Positions 48,090 to 59,526 of a DNA stretch of 64,000 bases are shown piece after piece. The notes under the pieces are model-generated. The model searched no databases, was not told where the DNA came from, and was given only the letters and a program-made list of their open reading frames with translations. The DNA comes from Felis catus (Eukaryota): contig NC_058376.1 in the NCBI RefSeq assembly GCF_018350175.1, positions 6,758,001 through 6,822,000 of the forward strand. Direction: 5' to 3'. A program made the position numbers and the translations under genes. How positions within the stretch are numbered: the first letter of the stretch is position 1; every line of letters begins with the position of its first letter.

Positions 48090-50086
48090 TTGTACATCTT
48101 CTTTGGCAAAGTGCTCACAGATTTTGCCCACGTTTAAAATTATCTGGTTTTTCATGTTAATTTGTAGGAGTTCTATTTATTTCTGCATTTCTCTTTTCTC
48201 CCTGGTCACTAGCCAAATTCCTCGAGGTATCTTATCAGTTCTCTCTCTGGTGCCACCATAATTCCTTGTAAACAGCAGGTACTTAGTAAATATTTACTGG
48301 ATTACCGGCAAACATTAGGCTTTACCTGTGCAGTGGCATCACTTGTGGATTTTATTAAAATAATTCAGTCAAGTTTAGGTGTTTAGTTTTCTGATTGACA
48401 GAATCTCTTGCTGTCCAGTTGCCGAATTTGACATCACTCCTTTCCAGTGTGTTGACCTTTCACAAACATCCAAGATATTTGTTTCCAAATGTTTTAAGCC
48501 AATCTGGCTTATACTACTTGAGTCTGGAAACCACACTAAACTTTACAGTTAATTTTTATAAGACCAGAAGATCAGAAGTTTTCATGATAGGTGGTCCCTT
48601 CTAGAAGTTAAAGTGTTTATAGTCTTAAAAAATAGAACATCACGTGTTATCGTCCTATGTTTTTCTTTCTTTCTGCCGTTTATGAGACATTTCTTAACCA
48701 AGAACCAGAGCCTAAGGGGCAGAAATAAGGAATATAAATACTTTTATTTGAAGATAGAGATGGTGAGCATCGACAGAGAATATCTGAGGCTTTTAAAATC
48801 TTGTCTCCCTTCCAGTTTTGTCAGCCAAAACATTATAAATTTGTGTTCCACTTTGAAAGAACACCTGCAATGAGGTCATGTTCATGTTCTTAAATTAGAT
48901 TCTAGGCAGACTGGCCAGCTCAGGAAAGCCAGAGAAACATTTCCACTCTCATCCATTTGAACTTCGTCCAGACCCTTTGCTCTTGGGTATTAATTACCCC
49001 ATGTTCTAGAGACACTCTCATCCCCAGGTTGACTCAGAGAAGCACAATCTTAAATCTTGAAAGTTATAAGTAGCCAATGAGTGTATTATTTTTCAGTTGA
49101 CTGGTATTAAACTCAAGACAGTGTAGCACGTTAAACTCTGTTTCTGACCTCAAAAGTAATATTGGCTGGTTGTAGATAATGCAGCATAAACGTATAGAGA
49201 GTACAAAAATAATCTGAAAATCTATTTTATAAAAGTAATTCTTATTGGAATCTCTTGGGTTTGTTTGCAGACTTTTTCGTTTTTATATTTGGGGCCAATG
49301 TGGATAAATTTGTATTCTCCAAAAAAGAATCATAGGGAATGAACACTTATGGATCCTGCATTTTGTTTGGTTTCGTGCGGTTTTCCCCAGAATGACGTTC
49401 ACACATCATTGTTTCTGAGGGCCGTGCAGCATTTCGTTGTGTGGTTGTGTGTCATTCGCCCATTACGTTCGCCCTTGTGCCTCCGTCAAGATTGTTGCTC
49501 ACTTCGTGTCGCTGATGAGAACGGAGTCTTCTCTGCCCAGGAGAGTGTGTTTTCTGTTTGGTTCATGTGGGAATATGGAAACGCCAGCGACTGTTGTAGG
49601 TTTATTAATTTTTTCCTCTGGCCCCTTTACTACGCTTTCCTTCAAACTCTGAGTGTCTCAGAGTGGATTCTGTCAAGGGTTCGGGTTAACGAGTGGCATC
49701 ACGGGTGTGGAATACGTCTCTGTCTCCTCCTTGCCACTGGTCGTCGTCCGGATTTCTCTTTCAGATCTCGTTACGTGAGCCGAATCTTCTGAAGCCACAA
49801 GAGATGGCAGTAATTGAACCGGACACACCTGCTCTGCTTCTGGTTGTAAGAGGAGTAATTCGGTGTTTCACTATTAAGTGAGATGTTGGCTATCAGTTTA
49901 TGTAATTAGCACGTGAAAGAAGTAGCCTTGTGTTGTAGTTTTCCCTAAGGATTTTTTTAAAAAAATTCAGGAATGTGTTTCAGGTGGGGGCTATTGACAT
50001 AAAGCCCCAGGCCGTCAGATTTCCTAATCTTGAACCCTCTTGCAATCCCAAGCTAAGTTGTCCTGGATCATGCTAGAAAATTCTTT

Positions 50087-50280
50087 TCTTTTTTAAAGTT
50101 TATTTATTGATTTTGAGAGAGAGAGGGAGAGCATGAGTGGGGGAGGGGGCAGACAATCTCAAGCAGTCTCTTTGCTGTCAGTGAGCACAGAGCCCTCGGA
50201 GGGGCTCAAACTCATAAACTGTGCTATCATGACCTGAAAGAGTCAGTTTGCTTAACTGACCGAGCCAAGCCAGGTGCCCC
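50087..50280 (-). mobile_element. Can-SINE with TSD
   Basis: gaaaattcttt at 50076-50086 and 50281-50291. Confidence 0.9.
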
Positions 50281-50392
50281 GAAAATTCTTTTAAGACTTA
50301 TTTTGCAGCTACCTTATTTAGGATTTTAAAATTACTCCTAAGTAAAGCCAGTTTATATATATTTTCTTTTTTTCTTTTTTAAATTATCTTTA

Positions 50393-50855
50393 AAAAATTT
50401 TTTTTAATGCTTTTTATTTATTTATTTATTTAAAAAAATTTTTTTTTCAACGTGTTTTATTTATTTTTGGGACAGAGAGAGACAGAGCATGAACGGGGGA
50501 GGAGCAGAGAGAGAGGGAGACACAGAATCGGAAACAGGCTCCAGGCTCTGAGCCATCAGCCCAGAGCCCGACGCGGGGCTTGAACCCAAGGACCGCGAGA
50601 GTGTGACCTGGCTGAAGTCGGACGCTTAACCGACTGCACCACCCAGGCGCCCCCTATTTATTTTTGAGACAGAGAGAGACAGAGCATGAGCAGGGGAGGG
50701 TCAGAGAGAGAGGGAGACACAGAATCTGAAGCAGGCTCCAGGCTCTGAGCTGTCAACACAGAGCCTGACACAGGGCTCAAACTCACAGACTGTGAGATCA
50801 TGACCTGAGCTGAAGTCAGATGCTTAACCGACTGAGCCACCCAGGTGCCCGCCCC
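50393..50855 (-). mobile_element. Can-SINE with a younger SINE nested in its A-tail
   Basis: Outer TSD ttaaattatcttta 50379-50392 / 50856-50869. Confidence 0.92.
50432..50654 (-). mobile_element. Young Can-SINE (SINEC_Fc1-like), nested
   Basis: Fc1-type diagnostics; flanked by tatttattt. Confidence 0.94.
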
Positions 50856-51098
50856 TTAAATTATCTTTATTAGATGCTGGAATCAGGGTTAATGTTACTT
50901 CTAAAATAGATCATGTAGCTTTCCACTTTTTTATGCTTTGGGAGAGCTGATAGAACCTAATGCCTTAAAAGTTTGAAAGAAACATTTGAGATACGTTGAT
51001 TGCATTTTAAATTTCCTCTACCACTAGTCATCTATTGACTTGTAACATTTTTTCTTATGTCCATTTTGATAATATCCCCAGAAATGTGTCTGCCCTCC

Positions 51099-51328
51099 TT
51101 TTTTAAAATGTTTGTTTGTTTATGTACTTATTTATAGAGAGCATGCACACGTGCACACACACACACACACACGTGCATTTGGGGGGAGGGGCAGAGAGAG
51201 AATCTTAAGCAGACTCCATGCTGTCAGTGCAGAGCCTGATTCAGGGCTTGATCCCATGACTCTGGGATCATGACCTGAGTTGAAACCAAGAGTTGGAAGC
51301 TTAATCGACTGAGCCACCCAGGGGCCCC
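51099..51328 (-). mobile_element. Can-SINE with (CA)n in tail region
   Basis: SINE body ending gagccacccaggggcccc. Confidence 0.92.
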
Positions 51329-51436
51329 TTGTCTGGACTTTTTTTTTTTTTAATACATATTATATTTTCCATGGAATAGAATATCATACTTTCCCATTCA
51401 CGTTTGTTTCGCTTCGGTTTAATTTCAAAACTTTTT

Positions 51437-51670
51437 GGGGCGCCTGGGTGGCGCAGTCGGTTAAGCGTCCGACTTCAGCCAGGTCACGATCTCGCGGTTC
51501 GTGAGTTCGAGCCCCGCATCAGGCTCTGGGCTGATGGCTTGGAGCCTGGAGGCTGTTTCCGATTCTGTGTCTCCCTCTCTCTCTGCCCCTCCCCCGTTCA
51601 TGCTCTGTCTCTCTCTGTCCCAAAAATAAATTTAAAAAAAAAACGTTGAAAAAAAAATTAAAAAAAAAAA
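51437..51670 (+). mobile_element. Young Can-SINE (SINEC_Fc1-like)
   Basis: ggggcgcctgggtggcgcagtcggttaagcgtccgacttcagccaggtcacg; long A tail. Confidence 0.96.
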
Positions 51671-52419
51671 AACCTTTTTATTATGCAAAATTCAAGAGCA
51701 TAGTACAAGGTTCTACGGTTCCCATCCTCCAGCTTCCATACTGACTGCCCCCGGGGGCAACTTCATGCTGTCTCTCTCCTCGCTCATGTGCTCACTCCCT
51801 GTCCTCCTCCGTCATCCTGAACAAATCCCATTATTGTCATGCCATCTGTAGATATCTCAACATGTATCTGTGAGCTTCAGTCTAAATAATAACGAAAGTA
51901 CCTCTACTTACATAAAGCATTAACAATAATTTCTTAACATCATCCAACATCCAGTTCCCATCTCTGCAGTGTTCTACTTTATGATGTGAGTCCATGTCGT
52001 CTTAAGGTGGGTTGATATGTCCCCCTGTATCTTTTTTGATTGTATGTTCCTTCCATTTACCCCGTTTTTCTTAAAATTTCTTTCCTCAATTCTTATGTGT
52101 GCATTTTCTTCTTGATTCTATTGGCCAGAAATTTATCTATGTTAACCTTTTCTCATTTCCATATTCATTTAATTTCCTGGTTTCTTCATTGTGTTTCCCT
52201 AGACTTTATCTATTTTTTAAAGAATCAAGTATTTTATCACATCCTATGTGACCCTGTGCTCTTTACCTCCTCCTAAACATATTTATGTTGTTGCAATTTT
52301 GGTTTCCTTAGAATCTTTCCTTTTTGCCCCTAAACTGCTTATCTTCTCATCTTACAGTCTTGACTCATCTTATCCCCCCCGTTTTTTTTTTTAAATACAG
52401 AAACTGATGTTTATTTTCC

Positions 52420-54120
52420 ATTAACCTTACATCCGTTGTCTACGAAAGAACAGCTAAGGCCACTCAGTGGTCGCTCCTCCCCATTCGGTGGCCTGGGCAG
52501 TGGGGGTGGTCTTCAGCAGCGACCTGCTCTTCCCCTTGACCTCTCCTGGATCTCTGTTGGAGCAGCCATCGGGCATGGCGTCCCGGGGGGTGCTCCTGGG
52601 AGATGGGGCCACCATACGCCCAACTTCCTGGGCCAGAGGCCACTACATCAGACCCACTGAGGGAGCTCCTGGCCATTTTCTGCTTATTTCAATCCCTCCC
52701 CAGAGCTCTCACGTGCTAAAATTTCTATCAACCCCCCACTCATTGGGCCAGAGACTCTTGTGGATGTTGAGAACCTTGCCCCTGAGATGGTACACTTCCC
52801 ACTACCTTTCTGTCTCTAAGTCTGTTCGTTGTTTCCTTTCGCCACAGCTTGTTCCGACATTTTGGTTTTCTGATCTTGTTTCCAGAATACCTATTCTACC
52901 ATGGGGGGCAAACCATTTCCAGAATACCCTCTTTCTGGTTTCTGTGGTCCTCAGGATTGTTATTTCTTTCAACTTTTTTGACGTTTTTATTCCATTTGGT
53001 ACCATATTGGCTTTTTCCTTTTGGAAATGTACTCTTCCAAGAAGAAACACTTACCGAGATTTGAGGATGGCCTCCAGAAAAACATGTGAGTCGCCCTGTC
53101 GTTTGTTGATGAGGCCACGGGTTGTACTGGTCAAGGCTCAGAGTGACAGCTAGCAGAAGGCATCATAGTTTAAGAAGGAGGTGATTTACCAGAGGGTATT
53201 ATGAAGCTTGGAGAATCTCTAGGGCGTGAGATTTGATTACCACACGTTCAGAAACAGTAGCCACTAGAGAACTGCCCAGCAGCACATTAGCTTTCCTAGT
53301 GGAAGCCTGGCTGTTACCACTACAACTCCTTATTACCTAAGTTAACCAGGAACCAAACTTCTGAAACTCTGCCAGAGCTGCCTTGGAACAACCAACATGC
53401 CCGTTGCCCTTGTTTGCAGAGACCTGCAGTTCCCCTACAGTTCGACCTTGGCCACTGACTCCCTGTGCTGACCACCTCTTGGTTCTGAGGGTCAAGATCT
53501 AAGGCACATACAACATCCAGGGTCTTGTAAGCGGGGTTCCCTGGTAGCTACTATCCTGGAAGCCCCACTAAGAGGGAGTGGGGATAGCAGCTGGGTGAAC
53601 CAGTGAAAAATCCACAGCACTAACTAGCTTAGTGATAGATGGAACGCCTCCGTCTACAATCCCCGGTCTAAAAGGGTGGCTTCTGTGGTGGCTTTGCTGT
53701 ACGGGCGTTGGTCTTCCAACATACCCCTGATTTTCTGCGACTCTGGACCAAACAAAGATATAAAAAACCCCACAGTTCCTTCTTGCACTAACTCCACAGC
53801 GTCTCTCAAATCCCCTTCCACACAAGTTAATTTTCTCAGATGAAATGTTTCACCAGCAGTATTTCCTCAAACCCACCATGTCACGTCCCCTAGGACCCGC
53901 TAGTTTTTTTTGGGGGGGGGACTTAGAGTCTCTGGATGGAAATATAAATAAGTGGGGATACCAAGGAGAAATTAATTCTGGCCACAACATGGTGGCGGAC
54001 CGGGGGGCACCATTTCTGGGTTGTTATGGGTCCTGCAGGCATGACCTGAGAAGAGAATCCGGGTGAGGATTGTCTTGGGTAAGTCAGTTGACCTGTCTGA
54101 AGGCATCTGGACTAAGTTAT
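52420..54120. mobile_element. Unclassified, possibly degraded ERVL-type sequence
   Basis: GC-richer block inside L1-rich DNA, only loose resemblance to ERVL/LTR16-33 group. Confidence 0.25.
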
Positions 54121-54229
54121 CTCTCAGCGTATTTCAAGAGATGATGTCCTATGATTTCATGAAATTACAAAGTCATTTATGTACATATTAGAAGAAAATT
54201 TTTTTTCTGACAAAAACGATACTTGACTT

Positions 54230-55735
54230 TTCCACAGATGATGCCGCAGCAGCTGGGCTTCTGCATGCAAAACAATAAAGGTAGAACACCACCTCATACT
54301 CTACACAAAATGAGTTCAAAATCAATCACGGACCTAAAGAGAAGAGCTAACATGATAAAACTCTTCAAGGAAAACACAGGAATGAATCTGGGTGACCTTG
54401 AATCAGGCAATAGTTTTTTAGATTCAATACCAAAAGCTAAAGTGACAAAAAAATAAACCTATAAATTGGGTTTCATCCAAATAAATTTTTGTGCTTCAAA
54501 GGACATCATCAACAGAGTGAAAAGACAAGCCACAGAATGACAGAACATATTTGCAAATCACATATATGATGATGGACTTCTGTCCACAGTGTGTATAAGA
54601 CATTAGCAACTCAAGAACAGAAAGACAAGTGATCCAATTGAACAAAAAAATGGACCAAGCGTTTAAATAGACATTTCTGCAAAGAAATCATACAAATGAT
54701 CAATAAGCATACGAGAGGGTGTTTGACATCCTTAATCGTTCATGAAATGCAACTCAGAACCGTAATTTGATACACTTCATACCCACTAGGAAGGCTGAAA
54801 TTAAAAAAAAAAAGACAGTAAACGACAGGTTTTGGCAAGGATGTGGAAAAACTACAACTCTCATCCCTCATAAAGTTGGTGGTACTTTAGTGCGGGGGCA
54901 GGGGTGCCTGGGGGGCTTGGTGGAGCGACTGACTTCGGCTCAGGTCAGGATCTTGCAGTCTGTGGGTTCGAGCCCCGCATCGGGCTGTGCTGACAGCTCC
55001 CAGCCCAGAGCCTGCTTCAGATTCTGTGTCTTCCTCTCTCTCTGTCCCTCCCCAACTCATCCTCTGTCTCTCTCTGTCTCTCACAAATGAAGAAACGTTA
55101 AAAAAAAATTAATAAAATAAAATAGTCCAGTGGTTTTGGAAAACGGATTAGCAGTTCCTCAAACATTTTAAACATAAAGTTACCATATTACCCAGCTGTT
55201 CTATGCCATGAGCATTGAAAATACATATCCACACAGAAATTCATACACAAATGTCCATATAAGCATTATCCATAAAAGCTAAGGAGTGGAAACCCCCCCC
55301 AAATCCATCACCTGATGAGTGGATAAGCAAATGTGGTATATACCCTTCCTTGGAATGTTATTTAGTGATAAAAAGGAAAAAAAGTACTGATACGTCCTGA
55401 ATATGGATGAATCTTGCAAACATAATGATGTGTGAAAGGAGAAGGAGCCAGTCACCAAAATGCCACATGTTATATAACATTCATGTTAAAAGTCCGTAAT
55501 GGGCGAATTCATTGAGACAGACACCAGATCAGTGGTCAGCAGGGGCTTAGAGGAGCCGGGAGGGGAGAGATTACTAATGGCACAGTGTTTCCTTTTGGGG
55601 TCGTGAAAATGTTTCAACATAGGATTATGATTATGGTTGCACAAATCTGTGACTTTCCTAAAAACCAATGAGAACGCTTTTCAAAAGTGAACTTTGTGGT
55701 ATGTTAATTATATCTCAATAAAACTACTATTGGAA
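54230..55735 (+). mobile_element. L1MB/MC-like ORF2 end and 3' UTR, split by SINE
   Basis: tgcttcaaaggacatcatcaacagagtgaaaagacaagccacagaatg...gtatgttaattatatctcaataaaa. Confidence 0.9.
54901..55123 (+). mobile_element. Can-SINE
   Basis: SINE body and tail. Confidence 0.92.
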
Positions 55736-55851
55736 AAGTAATGCATGCCATTATTTTTCTGAATTTCTCAAAAAGCATCGTCCGCCGAGCACAAATGCAT
55801 TCATAACGTGCTTATTGCATGAGGTATAATCCTAGCTTCAGTTCAAAAAAT

Positions 55852-56810
55852 ATTTTTTTAACTGAGATACAATTGGCATATGACATTATATGAGTTTCAT
55901 GTGTACAACATGATTTGATACTTGTATATATTGTAAAACCATCACCACAGGAAGTCTAGTTAACATCCATCACCATACGTAGCTACACACTTTGTGTGTG
56001 TGAGGAGAACTTTTAAGATTTACTCCTTAGCAACTTTCAAGTATACAATACAGTATTATCAACGATAGCTACCGTGTTGTACATTATATCCCCAGGTTTT
56101 ATTTATCTTACAACTGGAAGTTATAAACTTTGACCACCTTCACCCATTTTGTCCATCCCCTCACCCCCTACCTCTGGCAACCACCAATATGTTCTCTGTA
56201 TCTACGATTTTTTTTTAGATTCCATATATAAGTGAGATCATATGGTATCTATCTCTCATTTTACTTAGCAAATGCCTTCAGAGTCCATCCATGTTGTCAC
56301 NNNNNNNNNNNNNNNNNNNNNNNNNNNNNNNNNNNNNNNNNNNNNNNNNNNNNNNNNNNNNNNNNNNNNNNNNNNNNNNNNNNNNNNNNNNNNNNNNNNN
56401 NNNNNNNNNNNNNNNNNNNNNNNNNNNNNNNNNNNNNNNNNNNNNNNNNNNNNNNNNNNNNNNNNNNNNNNNNNNNNNNNNNNNNNNNNNNNNNNNNNNN
56501 NNNNNNNNNNNNNNNNNNNNCAATACCATACTGAACAATGATCATGGTGGTGCGCACATCTTTTTGAGTTAATATTTTTTTTCCATCAGGTAAATATCCA
56601 GAAGTGGAATTTCTGGACCATGTGGTAGTTCCAGTCTTACTTTTTTGAGGAACCCTCATACTGGTTTTCACGGTGGCTGCACCAATTAACATTCCCACCA
56701 GCGTGCACAAGTTTCCTTTTCTCAACATCCTTGCCAACACTTGTTATTTCCTGTCTCTTTGCTAACAGCCATTCTAATAACTGTGAGGTGATACTTCATT
56801 GGGGTTTTAA
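55852..56810 (-). mobile_element. L1MA/L1_Carn-like 3' end (contains gap 56301-56520)
   Basis: actgagatacaattggcatatgacatt...tttagattccatatataagtgagatcatatggt...aggtgatacttcattggggtttt. Confidence 0.92.
56301..56520. other. Assembly gap (N run)
   Basis: 220 Ns. Confidence 1.
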
Positions 56811-59046
56811 GGACTGCACGACACTGGTTTTTGAATTTCACAAAAAGCATCATTCGGCTGGCGTAAATTTATTTGTGATGGGCTCATTGCGCGAAGTAAA
56901 GTCCTAGCCTCAGGGAAAAAAAGAAATTTTAATTAGAAACAATAACAAGTTGAAAGTCTAAATTAAGAAGTTTTCGAAAAGCAAACCAAAAGAAAGCAGA
57001 AGAAAGGAATAATAGAGAAAAGCAGTAATTAAGGAGTTACAAATTTAAAAAATAACAGACACAATAAATTCAACTCGTTCATGGAAAAACCCACAATAAA
57101 GCAGACAACTCTATTCAAGAGAAAAAGGGAGAAACACAACTATAAACATATAAACGACAAGGGGGAAATAACGATTGAAATAAAGGAAGTTAAAAAAAAA
57201 AATAAGGACTTCTACCTCTGACCATGAAGGAAAAGAAGGCCCAGACTTCCCCTTTCACTGCAAACAATTTGAAAATGGCACAAAGTAGATTAGACAACTG
57301 TTCCCAGACACTGGACAATAAATAGCACAGTGCTGCGATCCCTAATAATAGAAAAACAAAAGAGAGAAGTCTCATGATTGCCCAGCTTCCTGCCTACGGG
57401 CATTTTTTAAACCCTTGACACGGGAGAGGCAACAGAAACAGAGTCCAGTGGCCTCATGAGTTGAAGAGAGAGCGGTCAGAGTTCAGGGAGGCTGGGGCCA
57501 CATGAAGTCACAGGGCAGAGTTCCAGATGGGAGGGAGCTTTCCAGAAAAGGAGCCGCAGACATCTGCATACAATCTTCTTGTTTGCGGAGTGCTCAGCCA
57601 TTCCAGGGTACAGTGAACCTTAACAGAGATCAGAAAGCAATGAGTGGGGTGTCGTAAACTGACTGAGTACCAGAGTCGCACAGGGAAGGAAGGGGGACAT
57701 TTGAATTCCGACAGAGTGGAAAAACCTCCATAACAACTGGGCGCATTAACGGAAGGCCCCAGAGCTGTCATGCCACATTGTTAGGACTGAACTCTTGGTG
57801 GAGCGAGGCTATTCTAGACCTTCTTTTGGCAAAGCTTAAAACCAGGCCTCACGAGGATCTGGTCTTCAAGTAACTTAGCTGCCTTCCAAACTAGAGTCCA
57901 CTACTCTATACAAGAAAACAAGATCCAGACATAAAACATAAAATTTGCAGTATCCAGCAAAGGTGAGAAGAAGCCCCCCAAATAAATGTCCAATAACTGG
58001 AAGAAATATCAGTCTTTAGAAGCAAGTCAGAAATGACCCAGATGATGGTATTAGTAGATAAAACAATTACACCAGAAATTATAACAATTTTCAATATTTA
58101 AGGGGAAACAAACGTGATAGGAGAGAGACAAGATAAATTTAGAAGAATAAATGGAAATTTAAAAGACAAAGAACATAATAACTGAAATTTTTAAAAAATT
58201 AATGGAAGGAATAATAGTGTATTAGATACTACAGAATAAAAAGTCAATGAACTTGTAGATATAACAATAGAATTTATCTAAAATGAAGCCTAGAGAAAAG
58301 AGACAAAAAAAAAAAAAAAAAAAAAAAACCAAAAAACCCAAAGTGAGTTTCAGTGATCTATGGGAAAAAAATCAAGCCCTCTAACATGATGGTAATTGAA
58401 ATCCTTGAAAGAGAGAAAAGTGGAAAATTATTTGAGGAAATAATGCATCCAAATTTGATGAAAATTATATAGCCAGAGAAGCCCCACAAATCCAAAGATA
58501 AACACATACACCATGAAACATCATAATAAAATTGCTGAAAATCAGTGATGGAAAATTCTTAAAAGCAAAGAGAAAGTGGGCATATGTACAAAAGAACAAA
58601 GGTAAAAATGACTGCAGACTTCTTGTCAGAAACTATGCAGGTGAGATGACAAAAAATGAGATATTAAAGGGACCTAAGTAGACTACTAATAGATCAAGAT
58701 AGATAGATAGGTAATAAGTTCATAAGTTCTGGCTACCTTAATTCTTAATATTCAGGGAAAACAATTCCTTGAAAATGTAAGTAAATTAAATCTTTTTCAG
58801 ACAAACACAAGCTGCAAGAATTCACTTCCGAGAAATTGATCTGCAATAAATTGAAGCCAAGTTTTATGAAACCTGAAATCTCAGACGTATACAAAGAAAT
58901 AGAGAATGCAAAAATTTGGCAAATACATGGTAAATATATATTTTTTGCCTCATTTAAAAAATGTCTTCAAAGAATAATTGAATATTTAGGACAAAATGTA
59001 AAACTGTATTGTGGGTTTAGTATTATGTAAGAAATAAAATGTGACA

Positions 59047-59268
59047 GGGACACCTGGGTGGCTCAGTCAGTTAAGCATCCAACTTCAGCTCAGGTCATGA
59101 TCTCACAGTTTGTGGGTTTGAGCCTCACATCAGGCTCAGTGCTGACAGCTCAGAGCCTGGAGCCTTCTTCAGATTCTGTGTCTCCCTCTCTCTCTGCCCC
59201 TCTTCTGCTCATGCTCTCTCTCTCTCTCTCTCTCTCTCAAAAATAAAATAAAAACATAAGAAAAAGAC
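59047..59268 (+). mobile_element. Can-SINE with TSD
   Basis: ataaaatgtgaca / ataaaatatgaca. Confidence 0.94.
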
Positions 59269-59479
59269 ATAAAATATGACAATAACAAAATAGCACAAAT
59301 AGCATATGGAAGACAGAAGTACAATGTTGTAAGAATTATACATTATATGTGAAGTGGCATAATATTATTCCTATGTGGACTGTGATAAAATTGAATAACG
59401 TAAATCTTAGAGTAATCACTTTAAAAATGATAAAACAAAAAGTGTAGCGTATCATCCAATAGTATATACAAAAGAACAG

Positions 59480-59481
<2 letters not shown>

Positions 59482-59524
<43 letters not shown>
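59482..59524. repeat. (TA)n microsatellite
   Basis: Direct read. Confidence 0.97.

Positions 59525-59526
<2 letters not shown>

Larger units (their letters stand above)
49340..52330 (-). mobile_element. Fragmented old L1M sequence interrupted by SINEs
   Basis: T-rich antisense L1-like segments (tttcactattaagtgagatgttggct; ccttgcaatccca...ctggatcatg; ttctattggccagaaatttatc). Confidence 0.6.
55742..56913 (+). repeat. Diverged direct repeat pair (55761-55841 and 56833-56913) flanking an L1
   Basis: Ungapped manual alignment 59/81 identical, 16 of 22 differences are transitions. Confidence 0.75.
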
